Part shown: positions 11,841 through 23,779 of the stretch, in pieces
How positions within the stretch are numbered: position 1 is the stretch's first letter
Layout of the letters: each line of letters starts with the position of its first letter
Assembly: GCA_002794465.1 (NCBI GenBank)
Contig: MTSL01000174.1
Coordinates: 90,865-122,864, forward strand
Source: Paramicrosporidium saccamoebae KSL3
Lineage: Eukaryota > Fungi > Cryptomycota
DNA: 32,000 bases
Direction: 5' to 3'
The notes under the pieces: generated by a model
Seen by the model: the letters and a program-made list of their open reading frames with translations, nothing else
Database searches by the model: none
What the model was told of the DNA's origin: nothing
Position numbers and translations under genes: made by a program

Positions 11841-12356
11841 TTATTGGGCTGCGCTTTGGGTTCGGATTTGAAATACACATTGAGGAAAGGATGGAATCTC
11901 TGCAGTAACAGTGGTCACTATGCCCATATTTGCAAGAGCACCGCGTAGCATTCCGCACGGGAAGGCAAGATACAGTACGGCCATTTTTGCCGTAGCGGGA
12001 TTGCTGCCATCGACACTGAAGCGTGATATCCATTGAAAGTTTTGATCCTGTAGCACAAAGACGCCGCGGTGGTTAGTTTTTAAATTATCGATACCCTTAC
12101 CAAAGGCAACCATCCAAAATTCCTTGCATAAAAACTTGACGACATCTATTTGTTCAGGAAGTCGGGAGACTTGGGTTTGGGCAAGTAGTCTCTCGACCAG
12201 TCTCTGGCCAACCTGGTATCCAAGCTGCTCTATCCTATAGAATGCAGCTTCGTGATCGTGCTCGTCTTCGGTTTTACTGTCTTCGAGCGCCTTGAATGCG
12301 ACTTGCATAAAGAGGAGATTGAAGGCCACTGCATTCACCTGGTCTACGCCGCTCAT
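11841..12356 (-). CDS. TRS33: TRAPP complex subunit Trs33/TRAPPC6 (Bet3 family), 171 aa
   Basis: IEQLGYQVGQRLVERL, IDVVKFLCKEFW..FGKGIDNLKTNHRGVFVLQD, FPCGMLRGALANMG, CVFQI. First ATG at 12356 (the track start at 12371 is TTG). Confidence 0.93.
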   Translation of the reverse strand: MSGVDQVNAVAFNLLFMQVAFKALEDSKTEDEHDHEAAFYRIEQLGYQVGQRLVERLLAQTQVSRLPEQIDVVKFLCKEFWMVAFGKGIDNLKTNHRGVFVLQDQNFQWISRFSVDGSNPATAKMAVLYLAFPCGMLRGALANMGIVTTVTAEIPSFPQCVFQIRTQSAAQ

Positions 12357-12397
12357 TGGTCGCGCCGCCAAGGCCGGGGCAACCGAATTTCACTATC

Positions 12398-13021
12398 ATG
12401 GGAGGCAAGAAGCCTTTGAAGAAGTTTGCAGTCAAAAAGGTGATCAACAAGAACACTGATACTCGAGTGTAAGCAGACTTGAATGATCTGTAACCTTTAT
12501 GTAGTAAGGCTGTGCAGGAAAAAGTGAAGCGGCGGGAAGAGACGGAAGAGAATAGCAAGGTGCGAAATGTCCAACAGGTGGCGTCATCCCTCTTTTTTAA
12601 GCACAACACTGCGCTCGTTCCGCCATATCAAGTTCTGGTTGATACCAACTTTATCAACTTTTCTATCCAAAACAAACTAGACATCATGAAATCCATGATG
12701 GACTGCATGTACGCAGAGTGCAAGCCGTGCATCACTGACTGCGTCATGGGAGAGATAGAAAAGATGGGAAGCAAATTTCGCATCGCGCTTCGACTTGCCC
12801 GAGATGACCGTTTCGAGCGTCTACCCTGCATGCATAAAGGAACATATGCGGACGACTGTATTGTTCAGCGCGTCACTCAGCACCGTTGTTTTATTGTGGC
12901 TACCTGCGACAAGGGTCTCAAGCAACGACTGAGGAAGATTCCTGGTGTTCCGATCATGTACATTGCGGGTAGAAAGTATACAGTAGAGCAAATGCCTGAA
13001 GCATATGGAGTATTATATTAA
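12398..13021 (+). CDS. FCF1: rRNA-processing PIN-domain endonuclease FCF1/Utp24, 195 aa; exons 12398-12468 and 12505-13021
   Basis: [74 protein letters not shown] 36-nt intron 12469-12504 (gtaagc...taac...gtag) adds the basic N-terminus [11 protein letters not shown]. Confidence 0.96.
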
Positions 13022-13409
13022 AGCATAATTGCAGTTAGTGGGTTGTAGGTTGTGGGTAGCAGATAGTGGATATTGGGTAGTGGAAAAGCATACGCAGTAT
13101 AATAAGCGATGGGCCAATTAGCATTTAAGAGACGATAATATTTCCCAAGATCAGACTAGAGACGAAAATTAATAAGATAACTCTCGCCTAAAGTGCTTGA
13201 CAGTAAGTTCCTGTACGGTTGCTGTACCATCATGTAACACGGTGGAGAAGTACTGAAGCGTAGGGTGGGTTGGAAGGGCAAACTTGGGTTTATTAAAGGC
13301 GTCTTTATAGGTACTCATCCCTACCATGCTAGATTGTGGGATCACTATCAAGATTACCACATAATCTTATACTATTCAACATGGATTTTCATGTCCAAGG
13401 GCAGTTTAT

Positions 13410-13951
13410 TTACAGATTAATTGTGTCAGTGATAGTCTCCTCGTCAAGCTGGCTGGATTGTGGGTCGAGTATCTCGGAAAAAGTGTCCAAGTCAAATGAT
13501 ATGGATGGAGATGTTTCCGGAAGATGGCTGGTTGGATGCATCGGCATCACTGGAGTTACATCTCTGTAGTCCAACGAAAGACTTTTAGTTCTCGGAGTAT
13601 CGGAAAAGTCGCTAATAGCGGGATAGTAGAGCGCTGGATCGAATAGATAGGGATCACAACTGTACTCGTAAATCCATGAATCGCTCAATGCTCTGGGTCG
13701 AAAGTTTCCACGTCGACTGGACGGATCAACTACGACGTGTAAGCTCTTCATCACCACAACTTACCAGAAGGACAGAAGCGAGCGTAATGGCCAATACCTC
13801 CGCAGGCATAGCATTTCGGTGGATTGTCCACCAAGTACACGGACGGTAGCGATGTGCAGTGGCGCGCCCAATGGCCTTTACCGTGACACAGATAGCAGGT
13901 ATTCCGGTCAACGGGCTGTTCCAAGTGATTTGTCGTATCCGTGTCCGTCAT
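13410..13951 (-). CDS. Two-knuckle CCHC zinc-finger protein with acidic/Ser-Pro-rich tail, 168 aa; exons 13951-13765 and 13729-13410
   Basis: CYLCHGKGHWARHC and CYACGGIGHYARFC (CX2CX4HX4C); a 35-nt phase-1 intron 13730-13764 (gtaagt...gtag) joins in frame to the 13410..13757 ORF. Confidence 0.8.
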
Positions 13952-14097
13952 TGATGATGGCCAAATAAGCTTTATTTTGTGAGCTAGCCAGTGGGGGCTT
14001 GATCAATAGGATCAGCTGGCTCGGGTTCTGGCGATTGGTCGGGAGGTTCGGATCGGTGATGTTCCTTGGGTAGAAGAAGCACAACTAGATGTAAGGC

Positions 14098-14461
14098 TCA
14101 AAGTAAAGACGGTATACAGATCACAATGGCCAGTAGAGTGACGAGCAATAGAAAGATTAAAAAGTTGACCTTGAAGTTTTTCCACCAGAGCTTGCGCCGA
14201 ACTGCAGCCGTATTTCGACGGAAATGCACCGAGTTTTCGTTAATTGTGTCTACATACTAAGAAGGTGACGCTAAGAGCACTTGATCTTTCAGCCAAGCTC
14301 TGCAAGCTATCTCCGCGGTCAATAACAGTGTCCAGGTTGGCTTGCATAACATTGACCAATTTGCCCACATGGTCCTGCAGATGGGCCGTGTTCGGGCTAA
14401 GCTGTTCAGCAGACTTTTGTGGTTTCAGTGGGATGTTTGGATTTGGAGGGGTAGGGCTCAT
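14098..14461 (-). CDS. SNC1: Synaptobrevin/VAMP-type R-SNARE, 110 aa; exons 14461-14281 and 14249-14098
   Basis: LVNVMQANLDTVIDRGDSLQSLAERS|NTINENSVHFRRNTAAVRRKLWWKNFK plus C-terminal TM (FLIFLLLVTLLAIVICIPSLL*); the 31-nt intron 14250-14280 restores R-SNARE heptad spacing with the zero-layer Arg in DRG. Symbol denotes family, not proven orthology. Confidence 0.9.
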
Positions 14462-14506
14462 TGCTGTGGACCTGTGCGTTGCACCAGTTATCAAGAGTCA
14501 CGCCGA

Positions 14507-15035
14507 ATGCTGATTGGCCACTTGAGCATGAAGTCGTCCATCGGCCGTTCTGTCCTTTCTGGCTTTTTGAAGAGGCGGCCAATTTCTCTTTGCCAAAAGG
14601 TATGAAGCGTAGTGTATTGTGTCATAAGGCAGTCATTATCGACCGCAAATGGAATTAAGGTGGTTTATCATGATGCGGACGGCAAGAAGATTACAGTGTA
14701 TGGCGAAGAAGGGCAGGATATAATGAGGCTTGCTCATGAGAACGATATCGATTTAGAGGGCGCATGCGAAGGCTCCCTAGCATGCTCGACCTGTCATGTC
14801 ATTGTGGATCCAAAGTACTACTCGAACCTACCCGAGCCGTCAGATGAAGAAAATGACATGCTAGACCTAGCCTTTGGGCTCTGTGAAACGTACCAATACT
14901 CTTGAGTCTTATTAGTACAGGTCTCGTCTAGGATGCCAAGTAAAGCTACGAAAAGATTTAGATGGCATTACTGTGACAATACCTAGCGCAACGAGGAACA
15001 TGGCCGTAGACGGCTACAAGCCCAAGCCTCATTAA
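14507..15035 (+). CDS. YAH1: Mitochondrial [2Fe-2S] ferredoxin (Yah1/FDX2-type), 154 aa; exons 14507-14599, 14633-14889, 14921-15035
   Basis: [27 protein letters not shown], and after the second intron (14890-14920) TSRLGCQV...[18 protein letters not shown]; basic presequence in exon 1; first intron 14600-14632. Start could be the second Met (14528). Confidence 0.95.
14511..14519 (-). promoter_or_regulatory. CCAAT box (GGCCAATCA on minus strand) 49 nt upstream of the SNC ATG, just after the first YAH1 ATG
   Basis: Plus strand tgattggcc; perfect NF-Y/HAP consensus. Confidence 0.5.
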
Positions 15036-15136
15036 TAGATTGTTTTTATGAGGTTTTTGTGTGGGGAGGGTTCTTGGGAGATTAGCATGCAATTTGTAGC
15101 AAGACCTCAATACAAAAGTCTTTGATCCATCTACAT

Positions 15137-15216
15137 GCTCCGTCTTAATCTCCACCTTAATCTTCACCTTGATTTTAATCTCCATCTTCACCTTAGTCTA
15201 CATCTTACTTTTAATC
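15137..15216. repeat. Degenerate 6/12-nt periodic low-complexity tract (ctccaccttaat-like) between convergent YAH1 and PCCA 3' ends
   Basis: ctccgtcttaat ctccaccttaat cttcaccttgat tttaat ctccat cttcac cttagt ctacat cttact tttaat. Confidence 0.6.
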
Positions 15217-15261
15217 CCCTTCTGAGTTCCCACCTCCACCCATACACGATACGTTTATTAC

Positions 15262-17430
<2,169 letters not shown>

Positions 17431-17599
17431 TGCAGCACTCCCCCGGCCGACCGCCGTATAAATCAGAAGGGTTAGATTGCGTTAAAATTTGCAAGTCCGC
17501 TTGTAACTATTTATAGTAGTTTGTAGTTTGCAGGGGCCAATAATATAAACTCACATGATCGGCTGACGACGGTTCAACGGATACACTATAAATAGCAGC

Positions 17600-19942
17600 A
17601 TGGGCGGTGAGTCGGACGACCACACGCACTTACCGACTCGACTTGGAATGTCTTCCAGTAACTGCGCTCAAGCATCCGCCCGCATCGAGGCCATCCGCCA
17701 CGTCTGCACTCGTCCGACCCGAAGCATCAAGTATCCTCATGGCTGCGTTGATGACAACAATACTGCCACTGGTACGTCTGCCAAGCTGTCCGAGTTCTTT
17801 GGAGCCAATGTGTATGGCATTAATGAGCTGCGAGAGACTCTCCCCAAGCCCGTCTTTGCTGACTTGCTGCGTCAGATGGCAGGGAACAAGATTATGGACA
17901 AGCCCACTGCCGACGCGGTTGCTCATGCGGTCAAAGTCTGGTCGATGGAGCGCGGTGCCACCCATTTCACTCATTGGTTTCAACCTCTGACCAACTCGAC
18001 TGCCGAAAAGCACGATTCCTTCCTAAGTCTCAAGTACAATTCAGAGGGCGGCAATCTGGCTGTTGTGGCCTTTGACGCCTTCTCAGGCACTCAGCTTATG
18101 CAGGCCGAACCTGATGCCTCTTCGTTCCCTAATGGAGGCATGCGCTCAACCTTTGAGGCTCGCGGCTACACGGTTTGGGACACTACAAGCCCAATGTTCC
18201 TTCAAGATGGACCCCACGGGACAAAAATCCTTTACATCCCGTCCATCTTTATCAGCTATAATGGCGAGGCATTGGATGAAAAGACAATTTTGCTCCGCAG
18301 TTGCTCAGCCTTGTCCAAGGCTGCCATTGAACTTTTGCGTCTCTTGGGAGACGAAAAGAGCGAACGAGTACACGTTACTCTTGGTACTGAGCAAGAATTC
18401 TTCCTCGTTGATCGCAGCATGTACTCGATGCGTCCCGATCTGAAAATTACGGGGCGCACCCTTCTTGGTGCAGTTCCAGCCAAACACCAACAATTAGAGG
18501 ATCACTACTTTGGCCATATTCCATCAAAGGTCCTTGCTGCCATCTCTGAAGCTGAACTTGAGCTTTGGAAACTTGGTGTTCCCGTCAAGACCCGTCACAA
18601 TGAAGTCGCGCCACAGCAGTTTGAAATGGCACCAATCTTTGAAGAGGCATCTGTTGCCGTTGATCACAATCTTTTGACAATGCAGATTCTTCACAAGGTC
18701 GCCCATCGTTATGGCCTCAAAACACTTTTCCATGAGAAGCCATTTAAGGGGGTTAATGGATCGGGAAAGCATTGCAACTGGGCTCTATGCACTGATACTG
18801 GCAAAAACTTGTTGGATCCTACTGACAAGCCAGAAGACAACGAAAGCTTTCTTTTATTCCTGTGTGCAATCTTGCTGGGTCTCAAGCGCCACTCTGGCCT
18901 ACTGAGCGCAGCTATCGCATCAGCCAGTAACGAACATCGTCTTGGAGCAAATGAGGCGCCGCCTAGCATTATCTCTGCCTTCTTGGGAGCCCAGTTGACA
19001 GAAATCTTGAACGACGTTGAAGGAGGACAGGAACCTCGGCCTCTGTCAAAGGTTACCAAAAATGTCCGCGTGGGAGGAACCACAATTGACGTCAAGATTG
19101 CCACTATGCCTGAAATTTCCCGCGATTCCACCGATCGTAACCGAACGTCTCCATTTGCTTTTACAGGAAACAAATTTGAGTTCCGCGCCGTTGGGTCCGG
19201 ACAGTCGCCATCCTTCCCGGTCACAATGGTAAATGCGGCCGTTGCTTCGGCACTCCAAGATGTGATTGAGATGCTGAAGCAGAAGAAGGGGAATGGCGGC
19301 AAATTGTCTCGCACAGACATATTTGCAGTGATCAAAGATCTCATCAAGGAGACTAAGCATGTCCGATTCGAAGGAGACGGCTACTCGGACGAATGGATCA
19401 AGGAGGCTGAATCGCGTGGACTGCCCAATCTCAAGCATGCACCTGATGCCTTCAAACAGCTCTTGGAGCCAGGAAACAAGGACATGCTGGTCAGAAAAAT
19501 GGACATTGTCAACGAGTCTGAACTTTGGTCTCGTTTCAATATTCTGTGCGAAAAGTATTGCAAGGACTTGCTGATTGAAGCCAAGACGCTCAAGACGATA
19601 TGTAAGCAGTACATTCTACCGGCTGCCTTGAAGTACCGCAAAGATTTGGGTGCGGGGCTGGCACTTTTTGACAACTCGGTACATGAGAAGAAGCTGCTGC
19701 AAAATCTGAATAAGCTCTCCGAGAAGCTCTACGAGAGCATTGAAGAGCTTGATGTGGGAGTCACCGAAACTGAAAAGTACTTGGATGGCCATGATGGTGA
19801 CGAAGTCAAAGCAAGCAAAATTGCTGCCGACAAAATTAAGCCGATGCTCGTCAAAGTCCGTAGTATTGCCGACCAAATTGAGGAAGACTTGGCTGATGAG
19901 CTCTATCCTCTTCCCAAGTATAGCGAATTGCTTTTTAATTGA
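17600..19942 (+). CDS. glnA3: Type III glutamine synthetase (GlnN/GlnA3 family), 764-780 aa, no evident intron
   Basis: THFTHWFQPLT...AEKHDSF, EPDASSFPNGG.RSTFEARGYT.WD, LGTEQEFFL, HNEVAPQQFE, HEKPFKGVNGSGKHCNW, RLGANEAPP, DRNRTSPFAFTGNKFEFRAVGS. Start at ATG 17600 or 17648. Confidence 0.95.
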   Translation: MGGESDDHTHLPTRLGMSSSNCAQASARIEAIRHVCTRPTRSIKYPHGCVDDNNTATGTSAKLSEFFGANVYGINELRETLPKPVFADLLRQMAGNKIMDKPTADAVAHAVKVWSMERGATHFTHWFQPLTNSTAEKHDSFLSLKYNSEGGNLAVVAFDAFSGTQLMQAEPDASSFPNGGMRSTFEARGYTVWDTTSPMFLQDGPHGTKILYIPSIFISYNGEALDEKTILLRSCSALSKAAIELLRLLGDEKSERVHVTLGTEQEFFLVDRSMYSMRPDLKITGRTLLGAVPAKHQQLEDHYFGHIPSKVLAAISEAELELWKLGVPVKTRHNEVAPQQFEMAPIFEEASVAVDHNLLTMQILHKVAHRYGLKTLFHEKPFKGVNGSGKHCNWALCTDTGKNLLDPTDKPEDNESFLLFLCAILLGLKRHSGLLSAAIASASNEHRLGANEAPPSIISAFLGAQLTEILNDVEGGQEPRPLSKVTKNVRVGGTTIDVKIATMPEISRDSTDRNRTSPFAFTGNKFEFRAVGSGQSPSFPVTMVNAAVASALQDVIEMLKQKKGNGGKLSRTDIFAVIKDLIKETKHVRFEGDGYSDEWIKEAESRGLPNLKHAPDAFKQLLEPGNKDMLVRKMDIVNESELWSRFNILCEKYCKDLLIEAKTLKTICKQYILPAALKYRKDLGAGLALFDNSVHEKKLLQNLNKLSEKLYESIEELDVGVTETEKYLDGHDGDEVKASKIAADKIKPMLVKVRSIADQIEEDLADELYPLPKYSELLFN

Positions 19943-20183
19943 ACCGTTAATAAAAGTGTTGAGTGGTGGAGAAAGCACTGTGGACCAAGTCAGGCGAGGG
20001 GGGGGGATACCTGCTTATTGCTAATCTTAATCTTAAGGATACAGGTCTCACTGTTATCAAATACCCAGCTAATCAATTTGTACCATCGTCTAACCGAGCT
20101 TTGTAGTTGTAAAAAATACTAGTATAACTCGATCACTAGACCCTTGCACTTATTGGATTTGCGTTGGAGTCTGGGGGGGGGGA

Positions 20184-20324
20184 TTATTGGTACTCGTGAC
20201 TATTTACTGGTACTCGTGACTATTTATTGGTACTCGTGACTACTTATTGGTACTGGTGACTACTTTTTTGGTACTCTTGACTATTTATCGATACTCGTGA
20301 TTATTTATCAGTACTCGTGACTGT
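20184..20324. repeat. 20-nt minisatellite x7 (consensus ttattggtactcgtgactat) preceded by G10
   Basis: Units at 20184, 20204, 20224, 20244, 20264 (21 nt), 20285, 20305, diverging toward the right; poly-G at 20173-20182. Confidence 0.92.
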
Positions 20325-20356
20325 TTTATTACAAACCTCACAAAACTGTTTATTTA

Positions 20357-21729
20357 ATGGCGGATAGCTTTTTTGTATATCCAGCAGTATACCGGCCATT
20401 AGAGTTTGGTGTTTTTGGTTGTCCATATAGACCAGCTCCAGAAAGGACCAGTGTCAGTAGACGCGAGTATGCCCTTTTGGAACCACGATTCGTCAATGTA
20501 CCTGCAAAGATTGAGAATGTTGGAAACGAGTACATTCTTGGTAACGAGGTGATAGACTTGATTCGAGAAGAGCAGACAGCCGCACTACGTGCAAATGCTC
20601 CTTGGAGAAATCATTTAGGAATAGTGCAAATGGGGGATATTGTGGTTTCAGTTCGTGTTCAAGAAGACTCTAGGCCGGGAAAGGTAGCTCCAGTCGTGTT
20701 TGAAGCCTGCGAGGCACTGGATGGGTCAGAAGGCAGGACTGTCCAAATGCCGATTGAAAAGCAAAAATCGAATCATAGGACCCTACAAGTGTCAGCCAAC
20801 TGTAGGGGGGCGATCACAATGGAAGATTATTCAGTCTCGGCATACTGGAAAGAAGATGTAGATTTGGTCAAAGGAGGAACGCGTACATTCCCCTATATCC
20901 ATTCAGGGTGTACCAGTCCGTTGCGGGAGGAGGTTGTTTTGGCTTTAGATACGAATAGAATCGCCCACTTGGACAAGAACATGCAGACAGTTAGAGAGTT
21001 TTCAGATTCTCATTGCAGAGAGTTGTCATTTACAAAGAGCGACAATGTCCTGTCATACACCGGAGGCAGTACCTTTTCTATTCTAGATTTGCGGGCCTCT
21101 GGAAAATCTTGTATCGATTGGAGCGGGGGAACTCGCTTGGGGAAAATGTCAAGTTTTGATGAGGATGGCCGCGTGGTAATTAATGGAGAGTCTTTATTGA
21201 TTCTATTCGACTTGAGGTTCCTTTCAAAGCCAGTATTTGAAATCGGACACGAGTATATTGGGTGCAAGAATATCGGCTGGCTCGATTGGATAACCAAAGG
21301 TAATTAATGCCAGCCATGTTGTAATTGCTAGATCAACTTTGTATTTATTCTGAGGATTCAAACAATGTAGTCACTACTTTGGATAATGTTTGCTGTGGTC
21401 GTCCGACGGTGGATTCCGTAAAGTCTGTCCGTGCCATTAGAGGTGCAACATGCTTTGACAATCGCCTGTATACCCTTTTTGATAATAACCAAATATCGGC
21501 CTACACTACACGTGAATTGAAAGCTGCCGAATTTATTGGAGAGGCCCCTGAAGAAGCACTAGACATTCGGCCATCAAGGATAGTTGACGGCGCAGCATAT
21601 GACCAAAAGATTCAAAACATTTATACCGACTCGATACGTTATCATAGAGCCGAGCCTTTTGCGGAATTGACTGATCAAAGTACTGCCTGTCAACACCTTT
21701 TGAAGCAATGGCACATTGACGAGGTGTGA
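20357..21729 (+). CDS. Hypothetical protein, 446 aa, probably beta-propeller-like; exons 20357-21299 and 21332-21729
   Basis: A 32-nt phase-1 intron 21300-21331 (gtaatt...gctag) joins ORFs 20357..21307 and 21325..21729 in frame; beta-strand-like segments ending in FSILDLR and LILFDLR resemble WD40 blade ends. Confidence 0.65.
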
Positions 21730-21891
21730 AAAAGTTATAAAGACCCTCTTTGTCGTCAATTGGGTGGATACGTTTTTTGTTGGATGTTGGACAGAGAAAC
21801 TCGTTTATTCCCGCGGTCGAATCTCTCACAAATGCACCACCTCTAAATGTGCCATCTCACAATGTTTAATAAAACTACTAAGGCTAAGGCT

Positions 21892-23543
21892 TTACTCAAA
21901 GGTAGTGAGGAATTTGGTCAGAGCGTCCTTGATCTTCTTGTTCAACTCGTCACTGATTTGCCCTTCCTTTCGGATTGCTTCGAGAATGTCAGCATGGTTG
22001 TTCTGGATGTAAGGGATCAATTTGGCCTCAAAAGTGGTCACCTTTTTGACATCCAGCTTGTCCAGGAATCCATTAACACCAGCAAAGATGATGATGACTT
22101 GTTGTTCAACAGGGTACGGGGTGTACTGAGCCTGTTTGAGCAGCTCGGTAAGACGGGCACCACGATTTAAGATGAATTGGGTTGAGGGATCAAGATCGGA
22201 TCCAAACTGGGCAAAGGCGGCGACTTCACGATACTGAGCCAAGAAGAGCTTTAAGCTGCCTGCAACCTGTTTCATGGCCTTGATTTGAGCAGCAGATCCT
22301 ACACGTGACACGGACAAGCCGACGTTGATGGCGGGACGAATGCCCTTGAAAAACAGTTCGGCTTCAAGGAAAATCTGGCCATCAGTGATGGAAATGACAT
22401 TGGTCGGGATATAGGCAGACACGTCTCCTCCTTGCGTCTCAATGATGGGAAGGGCTGTCAAGGAACCGCCACCAGATTTATTGCTCATCTTTGCAGCGCG
22501 CTCCAGAAGACGAGAGTGGAGATAGAAGACGTCTCCTGGATAGGCCTCACGACCGGGAGGACGACGGAGAAGCAAACTCATTTGACGGTATGCCACGGCC
22601 TGCTTGGACAAGTCGTCATAGACAATCAGTCCGTGCTTGCCATTGTCACGGAAATATTCACCAACCGCACAGCCAGTGTATGGAGCCAGATACTGCAGCG
22701 GCGCAGCCTCGGAAGCAGTGGCAGCGACTACTACTGAGTACTTGAGAGCGTCATGCTTTTCCAGTGTCTGCACAAACTGCGCCACGGTAGAACGCTTCTG
22801 TCCAATGGCCACGTATACACAATATAGCTTTTTGGTATTATCGTCCGAATCATTCCACTTTTTCTGATTGATGATCGTGTCCAATGCAACTGCCGTCTTT
22901 CCGGTCTGACGGTCACCAATAATCAGCTCTCGCTGACCACGACCAATGGGCACCATCGAGTCGATCGATTTAATGCCCGTTTGCATCGGTTCGCGCACAG
23001 ATTGGCGAGGAATGATACCCGGTGCCTTTACAGACACGCGCTGACGTGTCACATTGCTCAATGGGCCCTTGCCGTCAATTGGGTTACCGAGTGCATCAAT
23101 AACGCGACCCAGCAGACCCTCACCCACCGGCACATCCACAATGTTCCCTGTGCGACGCACAAGGTCGCCCTCCTTAATCAGGCGGTCGTTACCAAAGACG
23201 ACAATACCGACATTGTCGGGCTCCAGATTGAGCGCCATTCCCTGCAACATTTAGTAGGACGGCCATAGTACCTGAACTCCACTGGAAAACTCTACCATCT
23301 CCTCAGCTTGGACATTTTTGAGTCCATATACACGGGCAATACCGTCTCCAATCGACAATACGCGGCCAGTCTCGCTTATATCGACCTTGGAGGAGGCTCC
23401 AAGAATCTTTTCTTCAATGATGGAAGAGACTTCAGAGGTTGCTACATGCATTCAAAACGCTTCTAAAGAAGGCTACCTGGCTTGAGAGTCGAGAATGTCC
23501 TAACTTTGCGCAGAAGAGCAAGTGGTGCACGGAAAGATTGCAT
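21892..23543 (-). CDS. ATP1: Mitochondrial F1 ATP synthase alpha subunit, 528 aa; exons 23543-23477, 23441-23272, 23241-21892
   Basis: [35 protein letters not shown] (P-loop), [34 protein letters not shown]; introns 23442-23476 (35 nt) and 23242-23271 (30 nt); presequence [18 protein letters not shown]. Confidence 0.98.
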
Positions 23544-23622
23544 GATGAAAAGACGAAATGAAGTCCGACCTTTAAATTGCTCAGCCGGGGTCAGTACTGC
23601 CTAAGCCGCTGTAACGACCAGC

Positions 23623-23726
23623 GTTGAGGTGTTGAGGTGTTGAGGTGTTGAGGTGTTGAGGTGTTGAGGTGTTGAGGTGTTGAGGTGTCGAGGTGTCGAG
23701 GTGTCGAGGTGTCGAGGTGTCGAGGT
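23623..23726. repeat. Perfect octamer tandem array: (GTTGAGGT)8 followed by (GTCGAGGT)5
   Basis: 13 contiguous 8-nt units counted directly; the variant switch is at 23687. Confidence 0.97.
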
Positions 23727-23779
23727 GAGGGATCAGAAATTTATTAAGGCTCCGCTAGTTTGTCGTATCGGGTCACCTC

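Noticed and set aside
13169-13318. 49-aa minus-strand ORF MSTYKDAFNKPK... downstream of the zinc-knuckle gene
   Set aside because: No recognisable motif; joining it to the upstream gene needs an 85-nt intron, outside the 28-40 nt range seen here. A microprotein cannot be excluded without RNA or ribosome-profiling data.
13410-13951. CCHC knuckles as a retrotransposon gag remnant
   Set aside because: No protease, RT, integrase or LTRs nearby; the gene has a normal spliceosomal intron and a poly(A) signal, so it looks like a cellular gene.
14958-15191. ORF MKMEIKIKVKIKVEIK... with alternating charged/hydrophobic pattern
   Set aside because: It is a by-product of the 6-nt periodic tract, starts at GTG and overlaps the YAH1 last exon antisense.
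18709-19347. 212-aa antisense ORF inside GS, and similar shadow ORFs over ATP1, PCCA, NUP98 and gene 1
   Set aside because: Fully overlapped by strongly conserved genes on the other strand or frame; no independent motifs; expected from codon bias.
20184-20324. Repeat array as a CRISPR locus
   Set aside because: Units are contiguous with no unique spacers, no cas genes are present and the context is eukaryotic.
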